A DNA stretch of 64,000 nucleotides from Camelus ferus (taxonomy: Eukaryota). Below the pieces are notes generated by a model that was not told the origin of the DNA, did no database searches, and saw only the letters and a list, made by a program, of their open reading frames with translations. The position numbers and the translations under genes are program-made. This document shows positions 28,002 to 39,619 of the stretch, in pieces. How positions within the stretch are numbered: position 1 is the stretch's first letter; every line of letters begins with the position of its first letter. Where the stretch lies: assembly GCF_009834535.1 (NCBI RefSeq), contig NC_045705.1, positions 62,806,001-62,870,000 on the forward strand, read 5' to 3'.

Positions 28002-28185
28002 CAGCACTGTAGAGCACCACCATGCCAGTAACCATGAGTACCGGGTGACAGTTGAACATGAGCACGGTGCCATCCCAGGCAAAGCCACTGTGCCAGTACC
28101 GCATCCAGTAGATGGTGAAGAGGATGCACATCAAGCCCAGGGAGCACAGTGCCAGGACGGCCAGGTAAAACCACCTCACAGCCAT
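28002..28185 (-). CDS. CYB561A3: CYB561A3 first coding exon (exon 28002-28200)
   Basis: MAVRWFYL...FNCHPVLMV...LYSA; acceptor at 28201-28202; donor GTGAG; 184 coding nt. Confidence 0.97.
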
Positions 28186-30444
28186 TCTGATCAGGCACTC
28201 CTAGAAGAAGCAGAAATCACATCCCTGCTGGCTCAGGCGTGCCCCACACGCCGGCTAAAGGAGGTAACGTTGACCCTGCTCTTGGCAAGAAGGGTGGCTC
28301 CCCTGCCATGGGCACTGCCCCATAAAGCTGGGTGGAGTTGATCTCTGGTTATAAACCATGAGTGAGGCCCCACCCCAGCACCTGGCTGCGTACAGGGCAG
28401 CCAGCTCAGGAGAGAGGCCTCCTCTGCTGTGGCCAGATGCCAAGGCTCTAGGTCCATAGCCTGGGATTAGTCTCCTCTCACAGGACCAGATGGTAGAGAA
28501 TTACCACCCTTCCCTGCAAAAAGGACAGAAATCAAAATCCAGGCTAGATCACACAAATGCCCAAGCCCTCAGTTCTAACATAAGGAGGCAAAAATCACGA
28601 TCTTCACACTGCTATTAAGCTAGCCAGGGGAAGGGCAACGGGGTCCCACTTCTACAGCAAAGTTCTTCCCCAGACTCGGGGGCTAATCCTCCCCCTGGGG
28701 GATAAGATAGGTCTTCTCTTGAGTCCCCATACTCCACACCTTGAAGTGGGCAAAAGCCCTCAGCTGTCTGAAACTTCTGCTTTCTCTTCTCTGGGGAAAG
28801 TCCAGAGGAGAAGAGAGGAAGCAAGAACTCATGGTCTAGAAAGCAAGTTTATTTTGAGGTTTCCACATAAACTCAGAGACCAAAGTTCTGAGGTAAACTC
28901 AGAAACCAACTCTGGTTTCAGGCATGGTGAATGCCTAGCCCCCTAAGAAGCTGCTCTGAAAAGCCAGGGTTGAAAAGCATGCAGGTTGGCAGCAACCACA
29001 GGACGCCCCTGCATTCAGCCTAGGCACAGTTCTCAAGGCAGGCACACTGCCCCACGGACTCACACCAAGAAGGCGACACACTGGCTTCCTGCAGCAACAC
29101 CCCTCCATCTGAACCAGCTAACAGAGAGGAGTCCCCTAAGCTAGCCAAGAACTCCCAAGGAGATAAAACACTTGATTCCTCACCTTTACACCTAGTGGTA
29201 GACTGAGAGAGTGATGACCTGGACTCCAGTTCTTATGTACTGAGCCTCCTGGAGCAAATCACATAACATTTGTAGGATTTAGACTTCTCATCTGAAAGAA
29301 AGGCATGGCAATAGAATTTACTGAAAGGCAGCTTTGAGCAGACATCACACCATCCCATCACACACGATCCCATTTACTCCTCTTGCCAACCCTGGGGGGA
29401 GTTATCCCCATTTTATAGAGGAGGAAACTAAGGCTCAGAAAGATTAAATACATTTGGACTCAGTTAGTGGGTGAGGAATTTCAAACTCTTGTCTATTTGG
29501 TTCCAAAGCTCATGTTTTTTCCTTGACCACATGCTGTCAGAAGGTCAAGGGAGAAAATGTACGTACGGACATTGTGAGAGTGAAGTATTATAATGTTCTT
29601 AGTAATGTACTGTAGGAGTAGTCATGTGATCTCATCCTAACTACTAACAAAACCCTGAAGCTCATGGCCTCTTCCCTGTGCCTGCCCAGGCCTCTCAGTG
29701 GTCCCAATTCCATGCTGTGACAGCTCTCTCCATCCCAGTGTCCCCCTAACCAGAAACAGAGGCTGAGCTCTCACACGGTGATCCAAGTTGGCAGTAATTT
29801 CTGAGAAAGCAAGATCTGAGGTCTAGGGGAAAAAATAAGCTTCCATGAGGTCAGAGGGAGAAAATCATGTCTCCTCCTTTTTAGCTCTGACCCAGCTACT
29901 GAGTTCAGAGATTTACTACCCCACCTCAGAGCTGCCCCTTTAGTTCCCATAAGAGCAGTGGAAATTTCAGGTCACAAGATTTTCAGTCACCCCCCCACCC
30001 CGCCCCAGTGAAGTGTCAGCACAAAGGAGCTCTCAATCAGTAGGCGCCATCCACTTGGACAATATCTACTTTCACTTTTTTTCCTTTGGTAAAAGGAAAA
30101 AATAAAAGTGAATATAATCCAAGAAACTGTACTGCACCCCCCTCTCCCCAAAGAGGTCCTAGATTACTGCTCTGGGACAGACTTAGAATAGACAGTGGGG
30201 ACACTTTCCTGACAGACGGCTGGAATGTTCTACTGTGCGAAGTACACCTAAGAACCCTCCCTCTGTCCAAAATAAGAGAGCAAAAGGACAGAAAAAGGAA
30301 GAATGCAGTGACAATTGCAATCCAAACGCTAAGAATACCCTCTCATTTGTTCTAAGAGAGCAGAAAGTGCTATGATTTCAGAATGTGCTCACCATGATTT
30401 GTTCTCCTATTCTGCCCCCACTCTGTAGAGCCCCAGTCTAAGAC

Positions 30445-30745
30445 TGAAGTCAGCAAACTTCTGTAAAGTGCCAGAATGTTAAATATTTTAGACTTCACAG
30501 GCCATACAGTTTGTCACAACTACATCATCAACTCTGCTAATGTACTGCAGGAGCAGTCATAAACAATACCTTCACAAACAAAGATGGCTGTGTTCCAAGA
30601 AACTATTTACGGACACTGAAATTTCAGTTTTTATATCATTTCCACATGTCACAAAATATCCTTTCCATTTTTCAATCACTTAAAAATGTAAAAACCATTT
30701 AGGTGGGCCAGATTTGGCCTGTGGGTCACATTTGTTGACCGCGAT
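30445..30745 (+). mobile_element. MER58B-like hAT MITE
   Basis: gtcagcaaacttctgtaaag...aaatattttagacttcacaggccata...gggccagatttggcctgtggg. Confidence 0.75.
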
Positions 30746-32219
30746 CTAAGGAGTCTACTCTCCAACCCAATATACTCAATTCCTTAGCAGAAAGGATTCT
30801 CCCAGGCTGCACTAAAACAGATCAGGCCCCGGGGTCGGACATGGGTATTTCCTGTTCAGCGCTAGCCTTTGGGAAAAGGCTCTATTCCAAACTCTCACAA
30901 TTACTTAGAACTACAAACAGATAAAGGAACAGAAAGTTAGTCTGTTGCTCTCCCTTCCCAGATGAATGGTTAGGGCTTTAGGAATTCTGAGAACCAGACG
31001 TAGGACTCAAGTCCTAAACTCTTATTTTACAGATCAAAAACGTTAGGGCTCAAAGAGGGAACGTGATTTGGCCACGGTGAATGGCAGAGCTGGTTCAAGA
31101 CTCCAGGTTCACTCCCCCTCAGCTCCAAGGGCTCCTCACTTTCAAACGTAGCTTCTGTAAAGTCAGGGACTCAGGTGTGAGGGGCCCTAAATTCCAGTCA
31201 GGGGGTAGATAAGCAAGGACACCAGAGTGACTACAGACCTGCCCTTAGGACTGTGCTCTGGTCTGACTCAAGTGTCCGGAGAACCGCTCCAGGAACCCAG
31301 GGATCGATCCCTGACTCCTTCCCCGGGACCAAGGGCCCTTCCTTGGGTGAAAATTAAGGCGAGGGGCTCCGCCTGCTTACTGCAGCTTCCGAAGACCTTT
31401 CGTTTTTTACAATCAACACCTGTGGAAGGGAGGGCAAGGAGAACGGTGTCCATTTCCTAAAAGAGAAAACTGAGCCCGATCGAGGGGTCGCGACAGCGCA
31501 AAAAGGCAGTAGCAGAGCCAGCACTCGAACCCAGGTCCCTGAAATCCCAGCCCGGGCCCTTTCTCACCCCGGAACCACAGTGGGACCCAAGGGTGCCGGG
31601 GTCTCCAAAACCCGCCTCTTGCCACCCGGCGGCGGAAACGCGGCTCCCGAGGCTCCTGGGAGATGGAGTGAGAGACTCGGACGAACGCCTGCCACCACCA
31701 GACACTGCTGCCTCACAACCGACAGGCGGGACTACCCCGTCATCTTATAGACCCACGGTACTTCCGGTCGCGCGTACGGCCGCCTGGGAAATGAAGTCCA
31801 CAGCCGTTGTGTCACCGGCTCCCCGTGCGCCAAGGTGCCGACCCCAACTCCAGTTCCTCCGCGGGCACTTCTTTCCCAAGCCTGAGGTTCCCGAGACAAG
31901 GAGCACCGTCACGGGTCTGCCCTGTCCCTCATCCCCCAGCCCCTCGATTCTATGGAAGCGGAAATATTCGGGCTAACACGAAGCCTTTCGCCAGGGGCTG
32001 GCTTTCGGCAAGGCCGCGCGCGGGGTGAGCGGGAGGCCTTGGTCGGCAGCTGGAAGCTCTGGAGCAGGGCGCGGCGTCGTTGGAAAGGCAGGGAGAAGGG
32101 TGGGCCCAGGAAAGCGGTGGCCCAAACATGGCGGCCTGGCCAGCCATAGAGCGGGGAAAGAAAGCGGAGGACAAGCGGATAGCGCGGCGCAGACTGAGCC
32201 CGCGTCCGCCATCTACTTC

Positions 32220-32287
32220 CGGAATTTAAAACCGGTTTCCGGAAGCTGGGATGGTGTCCCCATGACAACCGACGTTGGGCCTTTGAG
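32220..32287 (+). other. TMEM138: TMEM138 non-coding exon 1 (start approximate)
   Basis: Donor GAG|GTGAGA at 32287/32288 in the CpG island; next acceptor at 33854. Confidence 0.7.
32256..32269. promoter_or_regulatory. RFX X-box in TMEM138 exon 1
   Basis: GTCCCCATGACAAC (reverse complement GTTGTCATGGGGAC) versus GTTNCCATGGNAAC. Confidence 0.65.
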
Positions 32288-33334
32288 GTGAGAGTGATGA
32301 GGAGTGGGGAAAGTATCCAGAAGTCGAAATTTTTGTTGTCTGTTGTTTTGGTTTTAGTTTTTTGCTAAGGCAACCCCATTTTAAAGTGGATTGGGAAGGG
32401 TGAGGAAACTGCTCTGGGGACAAAGGGAACGCGGCAGATAGCGGTGGACAGACTGAGATGACCGCTTCGTTACCTTGCGAATCACCGCTGCCCTGACCCG
32501 AGACGGTCATCCTTCCAGAGATGGCGGTGGGCGGTTCTATGTAATCTCACAACAGCCCCGTTTGGTGCCCTGTGAGGTAGTGGCTAAGGGAACGGGTTTT
32601 GGTATCACACTCAGTTGTGAATCCTGGCTCTGCTCACCACCGGACTTGGAGGAATGACTTGAACTCTGACCCTGTGTCCTTACCTGTAGAATGAGGATAA
32701 TTCTTTCCCACCTTGCAGAGCAGTTGCGAGGATTAAAGGAAATTATCTTGGTGACAAGTTTATCATGGTGCCTGCCAGTAAGTAGGTAAGAGCTATCAAT
32801 ATTATCTGATGAATAAGGAGACCCGGCTCAGAGAAAACCACATTCGTACATCCACTAAGGTGGGACTTCTCCACCAGGTGAGGTGAACGAGGTTTCTTTA
32901 ACCTCTCAGAGCCTCTGTGTAAAATGGGGTTTTAAGCATAATATCAGCTCTTTTTCAAGATGGGTGTAGAATTAAATAAGGAAATATGAAAAGAGTTCGT
33001 AAACTGTAAGATATTTTGCAGATGCTAATTTAATCATTCTGTAACACTTCAAAGCATATTGAAATTTGTTTATAGGTTTGATCCAGCTGGAGGGGATCAC
33101 AGGACGCCCCCAAAGCAGCTTCTGGGTCTTGGAATAGATAAAAATAAAGGCCCATCTCCCCTTACCTGGTGCCATTGTGTTGCTACTGTAACCTTAAATT
33201 TTAAGTTTTGCAGGAGAGCACTATTTCCTCTCAGCTTTTTCTGCCTACACCACTTCCCACTTCTCCTGTGGCAACATTTTCCCTGCCTAGTTATGTATAA
33301 GTCTGTCAGGTTATGTAAAAGGTAACTTTGTGCA

Positions 33335-33560
33335 GAAGTTAAGAGCACAGACTCTGGACCTAGACTGCCTAGGTCTGAATCCTAGCTCTGCCAATTACTA
33401 GTGCTGTGACCTTGGACAAATTATTTTACCTTCCTGGACCTCAATTGTCCTATCTGTAAAATGGGAAAAGTAATAGTGTATCTTCTACCTCATGGGGTTT
33501 TGGGGAGATTTAAACAATGTTAGGCTGAGAATAGTCCCCTGATATATTCTAAGTGATATA
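33335..33560 (+). mobile_element. MIR SINE
   Basis: agagcacagactctgg...tgtgaccttggacaaatt...atctgtaaaatggg. Confidence 0.8.
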
Positions 33561-33993
33561 CAAATGTTTACTGTTGCAATTAGTATTAGAATTAGTATTG
33601 TTACATGTTACTGTAGTATCCCATGATTCCTTTGGATTCAGAAGTAGAAAGAGTTCTGCATTTAGAGGGTTCCAGGTATGGAGTAAGGTTTGAGGGTAAG
33701 GGTCCCTGGAAAGAGGGACTGATTGGGTTTTTTTGTTGTTGGTTTTGTTCACTGATGTATCTCAAGTATATAGAACAGTGCCTGGCACATAGTAGGTCCT
33801 CAGTAAATATTTATTATATGAATGAATTTCTAACCTCTGTTTTTGTCTCAACAGGCCCTTGTCTTAAAGCAAGGGAGACAGCTCTGAGTCTCAGGAACTA
33901 CAGCTTCTCCCTCAGTGCCTGGACGAGTACCAGGAGCTATTTTCTGGGGACCTGTGGAATGTTACCTTGGGGGCCCAAGAAAGCCGAAGGAAG

Positions 33994-34121
33994 ATGCTCC
34001 AGACCAGTAACTATAGCTTGGTGCTCTCCCTGCAGTTCCTGCTGCTGTCATATGATCTCTTTGTCAATTCCTTCTCGGAGCTGCTCCGCATGGCTCCCGT
34101 CATACAGCTGGTACTTTTCAT
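33994..34121 (+). CDS. TMEM138: TMEM138 exon 2 coding part (exon starts 33855)
   Basis: [42 protein letters not shown]; donor GTGAG; 128 nt. Confidence 0.97.
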
Positions 34122-35183
34122 GTGAGTTCAGTGTCTGGGACTGGACAGCTCAACCCAAGCAGTTTGAAGACCCTGACAATCGTGATTTAGCCTTTTAAAG
34201 TTATTAAGAGAGAAACGTCAGGGAGAATAGAATTGCAGTGTCCTAGGTATTCCGTGGTCCATAGATGTGTCACAGGGCCTGTTTTTATAGAATTCGAATA
34301 AGAGTTTGGGACTCGGGGAGCTGTGCACATAGAAAATGAGGGTCAGACTGCTGACCCTGCCATTTTCTCCACCTGCAAGTAGAAATACTATCTTATCTTG
34401 CCGTGAAAGAGGATTACAAAATGGCAGGTAAAAAGGATAATCGTATTATTAATATATGTGAATCCCATAGGATGGAAGCTATTGGCATTTCCCTCCCACA
34501 ATGATTTATAGTCTCCACGAGACAAGTTCTAAACAGAAAACAGGCTGCCTAGATCTGAATCCTAGCTCTGCCTCCATCTTCCTTCACTCACCAAGTGTTC
34601 ATTGGCCAGCCAGCCAGTATTCTAGTTGCAGTGGTAAACCTGACAAGTTCCTGCCTTGATTAGGTTTCCATTCTAGTGGAGAGAGACAATGAATACATTA
34701 CAAAAAGATAAAAAAGATAATTTCAAATAGAAATAAATATCATACAATGGCTATAAAGGATCTGGGCTGGGGAAGGGAGGGTTACTTTAGGGAGAGGGTT
34801 GAAACAAAAGTCTTTCTGAAGAGGGGACGTTTGACCTGAGACGGGAATGGCACTAAGGCACCAGCTCTGTACAGAGCAGGGAGAGTGCACTGCTTTCTTG
34901 CTAGAGGAAGATGTCCGGCGGGGCCAGGTTATGTGACAGGCAGGAAACTAGCTTCTTCTCACGGGTGCCTCGGAGCTTTCTTGAGTTGAGAGTGTCAGCA
35001 GGAAAGCTTTGTAGACACAACTCAACTGATGGGGCCTGCAGGTAGTTTTAGCTTCATGTCATTTGGAGCCCAAAGCCCACGCTCCCTCTGTGGCGGTTTT
35101 AGGGGACTGTATCACAGGTAAGGATAGACCTCAGGTGTCTGGCTCTTGGGTCCTCCCCAGGCCTCCATGTGGCTGTCCTTTGT

Positions 35184-35331
35184 NNNNNNNNNNNNNNNNN
35201 NNNNNNNNNNNNNNNNNNNNNNNNNNNNNNNNNNNNNNNNNNNNNNNNNNNNNNNNNNNNNNNNNNNNNNNNNNNNNNNNNNNNNNNNNNNNNNNNNNNN
35301 NNNNNNNNNNNNNNNNNNNNNNNNNNNNNNN
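35184..35331. other. Assembly gap (148 N)
   Basis: Run of n. Confidence 0.99.
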
Positions 35332-35370
35332 TACTTCGCACTCAGCATCTCCCTTCATGTCTGGGTCATG
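35199..35370 (+). CDS. TMEM138: TMEM138 exon 3 (only 35332-35370 visible; start inferred)
   Basis: YFALSISLHVWVM|GTAAG is visible after the gap; start assumes the 172-nt orthologous exon. Confidence 0.8.
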
Positions 35371-36488
35371 GTAAGAGTCAAGCTCTGAATTCCTGAATCC
35401 TTAAAGGGCTAGGACTATCTCTTCTCTGGGAACCCCGCATCATTCTTTCACATCTCACAGAATCTTGATAAGAAATGGGTGAAGTGAATGTGGTCCATCC
35501 TGGAACTAGGCACGTGAGAATTTCATAAGGCACTTTTGCCCAACCTTATATGTTGAAGAACAGCCTTATCCAAGTGTCCAGGGACACATCTGGAACGTTC
35601 AGTTCACTTTTACCCCAAACAGGGCTCCCAGGGCTAAAACAGGAAGTTGAATCTGTTTCATCATTGACTGTTTGGGCAGGTAAGTGTTGCTACAGGGTAT
35701 TCTTAGGCATCTGTGTCCCGTGGGAACTAGCCAAGCAGGAGTGCTGCTCACCCTTTAGTGCTTCGTGCCCTCAGGTGCATCCCCATCACATACCCTGGAA
35801 GAACCAACCCCCAGAATGCCTCCCTTTGGTTCTAACATAGGCCTCAAAGCAGATCCACTTTTCATGGTTTCAGATTTCTTCCATCTCTTTGGGGATCTCG
35901 TGTGTTTCTCATGTACTCATTTTGAGGGAACACATTAAAACTTCAGGGGTCCCTAGTCATTGCTTTACTAAAGCCACCTTCTCAGACTAAATGTCCTATT
36001 AAGTTGCCCTTGTGAGTCCACGGGGAGAAGTAGAGCTCACAGGAAATGAGCAGAGCAGTGCCCAGTGTGCTTCCCGAAGAGGATTGTCTCTGCGCTGGTC
36101 CCTGGAGCCAAAATAGGTCCCGGCTTTGTGCTGTGAAGCTGTTAATCTGATTAAACCCTGAACACACCAAGCCTTTATCTGACAGGAGCTGAGCCTGAGG
36201 TTTTCAAGGCAAGACAGTGACCTGCTGAACCCCTGAGAGGATGTGTATCCTTTTTCCTAGGCAAAGGCTATAGAGTGAAAAGGAATAAACGGCTTAGTTC
36301 AGACTTCCTCCTCAGGGTTAAAAGGGAACGTGAGCCTCCTTTGAGAAGCAGTCCTTGCGCTTGTGGAAAGAAGTGGGGGTGAGATTAGCCTGATATTAAA
36401 CCAAGCGGCATCTCTGCAGCTAACCAAGTTGGAGATGTGAGGGCCCCATCTGGCCATTAACCCTTCTGTGTCTCCTCATCTCCCTCAG

Positions 36489-36564
36489 AACTTACGCTGG
36501 AAAAACTCCAACCGCTTTGTCTGGACAGATGGACTTCAAACGTTATTTGTATTCCAGAGACTAG
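36489..36564 (+). CDS. TMEM138: TMEM138 exon 4
   Basis: [25 protein letters not shown]; 76 nt; AG/GT. Confidence 0.97.
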
Positions 36565-36834
36565 GTAAGGACCAGAGCAACCCCAGGCCTCAGTTTGGTC
36601 CCACCTATGGCTCTGGCAGCAAGGGTCTTGATCCTGGCTTCCCAGCCCGTCCCACCAGCGTGGGATGAGTGGCACAGCCACACCAAGAGCAGGAGAGGCC
36701 ACTGCCCTCTGCCCTCTCTGGGAATTACGGGAAATCACAAGGCAGGGCCCCTTAGCCGCATCCGGTGATGTTCTCACCCTGAAACAAACACTCAGGAGCA
36801 TCCCTGAGGCTTCTTTCCTGCTTATTGTCCACAG

Positions 36835-36947
36835 TGGCGGTGTTATACTGTTACTTCTACAAGCGGACAGCCGTGAGACTGGGCGATCCTCGCTTCTACC
36901 AGGACTCCCTGTGGCTGCGCAAGGAGTTCATGCAAGTCCGAAGGTGA
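36835..36947 (+). CDS. TMEM138: TMEM138 exon 5 coding part
   Basis: [36 protein letters not shown]; TGA at 36945-36947. Confidence 0.97.
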
Positions 36948-37351
36948 TCGCTTCTTGTCACACTGGTGGATGCCTTTCCTTCCTTCCAGAAGCCACATTT
37001 GTGGCTCTGCAGAGGGGGTGGTTGGCCCCATGCACTAGGAAGGAACTTGACATTCCTAGTACAGGCTCAGGCCAGTTGAGAAAGAAGATCCTCCCTCTAG
37101 CAAATTAAAGTGTTCCCCAGTACAGACTGCAGTGCGTGGTCCCTTCCTGGGCTCCTCCCGCAGCTCTGCCCCCTTTCCTTTCCTGCCTCCACCCGTCTTC
37201 CGCACAGAGGGCTCCGTGGCTTTACCCCTGGGAAGCTTTTCACTGAGCCTGGTACAGAAGGAGCTCCCAGCTCCTGTGGTCCTAACTATCACACCTCAGA
37301 GATTTAGATTTTATACCCAAGGTACTTTTTTTTTACATTTTATAAATAGGA

Positions 37352-37357
37352 AATAAA
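37352..37357 (+). terminator. TMEM138 polyadenylation signal
   Basis: AATAAA 405 nt after the stop. Confidence 0.7.
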
Positions 37358-37704
37358 TTCTTTTCCATAAATGATAGAGTCTCTGCCTCGCTAGATGTCT
37401 TCATGGTTAAGAGGCACGCCAAGCCCTAGCGTTGGCATCTACTTGATCCAGTGGGCAGATTGAACCACAGAGCACGTATTTATTTATTTAAATATTTATT
37501 GAGTCCCATTGTGAGTGCAAGATACTTCTGCAGAAATTCAAGATGTAATCTGATGCCCACCTCCATCCCTGGAGTTCCAGATGTCTGCGTTTTATTCAGT
37601 CTCTCCCCACCTCCCCCCATTGGAGCCCTAAATTGTCCTTAGAAGAGTAAAAATCTTCCCTAGCCTATTTTGGCAAAAGACATTTTTAAAATTCATGTGC
37701 CCAT

Positions 37705-38200
37705 AGTGTCAGTTTTCTTTTGCCAGGATAATGTTGCATAACAAACCCACCACCAGACTTCAATGCAAGTAACAATAAACAGTTCCATGGCTCTTGAGTC
37801 TTGGGGTTCAGCTGATCTGGCTGGGTTTGGGTAATTTTTGCTGGGCTTGCTCATGTGTTTGTGGTCAGCTGTGGGTCAGCCAGGCAGCTGCAATGATCGT
37901 GAGATCCTTGACTCTTGGCTAACCTAGGCTGGCCTCAGCTGGAATGACCGGGCAGCCGGCTCTGCTTCACATGACTTACCCTCCAGCAGACTAGCCTGGG
38001 TCTGTTTACAGCAGTGGGTAGCCAAGGAGCAGGAGAACTCGCCCTGGGGTGCAATCCCATGTCTTGTCTTGTGTCTCTTAGACTCCCATTGGCCAAAGCG
38101 CTCGCGTGACTGAGCCCAGTGTCAGAGCTGGAAAGCACCACCAAGTTTCCTGGTAAAAGACATGGGCACAGGAGGGCCGCTAATTCAGCCAGGCTAGCCC
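37705..38200. mobile_element. MaLR (MLT1-like) solo LTR
   Basis: gttgcataacaaacccacc...gctgggcttgctcatgtgtttgtggtcagct...cttcacatg resembles MLT1. Confidence 0.6.
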
Positions 38201-38244
38201 ACCAGAAAGCTGCTCTGTGAAACTCATTATTCTGAGACACTTTA

Positions 38245-38510
38245 GCCCCCGGGGTTGGCAAACATTTTCTGTGAAAGGCCAAATAGTCAATATTTTAGAT
38301 TTTGAAGGTCATGTGGTCTCTGTCGCAGTTGCTCAACCCCAGCATTGTAGCAGGAGAGCAGCCAGAGATAATAGGTAAATGGATGAACTGTGTCACAGAT
38401 TATTTTTTTCTTTTTTTCAACCATGTAAAAATGTAAATCTAATCTTAACTTGAGGGCAATACAAAACAGGCTGGATTTGCCCCCAGGCCGTGGTATGCTG
38501 ACCTCTGGTT
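38245..38510 (+). mobile_element. MER58B-like hAT MITE (internally deleted)
   Basis: ggggttggcaaacattttctgtgaaaggccaaatagtcaatattttag...gctgacctctgg. Confidence 0.75.
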
Positions 38511-38938
38511 TAGAAGCCTAGAATGAAGTTCTGGGGAAAGAGAGACTGTAATCAACTGTGCTGACAATATTTTATCAGCTATTTTAAAAGAAAAGGTATA
38601 GTGTTCAAAGAAAATACTTAAGATCCCGTATCCTATAATCAGAAGAAGTGATCCAGAAAGTCTTAACAAGCTACTGTCTATACTTACCATACTTTCATCT
38701 CTAAAAAGGAGAATGACAACAGCCCAATTTTGAATCTTTTCATAAAAGCTTTTAAAGAAATATTATAGTCCCCTTTGCTCATCACAAACCCTGAAAGAGG
38801 CAGTTTTCTATGCCCCAAAGTGAATCAAGGCCAGATTGTTCTCTGTAGCCTTTGCAGCTAGTGAGTACAACCAAATGCCTGTTTCCTCACTCTCAGTATA
38901 AATGGCACTTTGTGGCCCTAGGGGTCTCTGGGAGGGTC

Positions 38939-38960
38939 TGTGTGTGTGTGTGTGTGTGTG
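38939..38960. repeat. (TG)11 microsatellite
   Basis: Seen directly. Confidence 0.95.
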
Positions 38961-39619
38961 TTTCCCTTAGTAATTAATTCATTCACATGATACAAAATTC
39001 AAGTTATGAAAAGGTTTATGCAGTTAGTCTTCCCACTGCTACATCTCAGCCACTGAGTTCCTTCCCCCTCCCCTCCTTGACAATCTACATGTACTTAATA
39101 GACTTCTTATGGATGACAGAACATTTCGGGAACTTTTTTTTTTTATCGCTGTTGCAGAAGCCACCCTGCTGGCTCCACAGCCCCAGGGCTGGCAGCATGC
39201 AGAGCACCAGGCCCACCCTGGCGCCAGCCCAGGAGGTGCCCCGGGAAAGGGGCACAGGCACCTGCAGGGCTCTACCTTGTGCCACGGTGGCCACCACTGC
39301 CGTCCCTGGGCGCGCAGCCAGTGCTGGCCCTCCTCTGGGCCCACCGGGGTCCTGAGTGTGGGGCAGGGGCTTGCCCACCATCCAAGTCTCCAGAAATATT
39401 TTTACAAAAGAAAAAATTGCCATATCCTACCCCAGTCATTTATTTCAAATCTGTGACAGTATGTATTTATATTTTATACAGTTGTGATTATGAGGAATAT
39501 GCCATAAAATAGTTTTCTTTTTTCTTTTTCATTTAGCAATTGGAATATGTTTTTAAGATGTAATGTAAATTGACTCCTCGGGGACAGTTTTCAGAGACCA
39601 GTGGAAGAAAATAAACACT

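Larger units (their letters stand above)
23197..28185 (-). other. CYB561A3: CYB561A3 lysosomal cytochrome b561, CDS span; +1 frameshift as assembled
   Basis: Five coding exons total 730 nt versus 729 expected for 242 aa; heme-ligand His residues (NCHP, GHAA, SLHSW, FHVFF) are present. Confidence 0.97.
31480..32540. promoter_or_regulatory. CpG island / bidirectional CYB561A3-TMEM138 promoter
   Basis: CpG-rich; ETS ACTTCCGG at 32215 and near 31760; YY1-type AAACATGGCGGC at 32124-32135. Confidence 0.9.
33994..36947 (+). other. TMEM138: TMEM138 ciliary membrane protein (JBTS16 gene), CDS span, 162 aa
   Basis: [11 protein letters not shown]...KEFMQVRR*; exon 3 is partly in an N-gap. Confidence 0.97.

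Noticed and set aside
23197-28185. Calling CYB561A3 a pseudogene
   Set aside because: All splice sites and heme His residues are intact and there is a single lesion in a short homopolymer; error or rare allele is more likely.
32469-32482. Third X-box GTTACCTTGCGAAT
   Set aside because: Only one good half-site.
33623-34198. 191-aa ORF over TMEM138 exon 2
   Set aside because: It starts in intronic repeat sequence and is out of frame with TMEM138; only the ATG at 33959 is exonic and is reported as a uORF.
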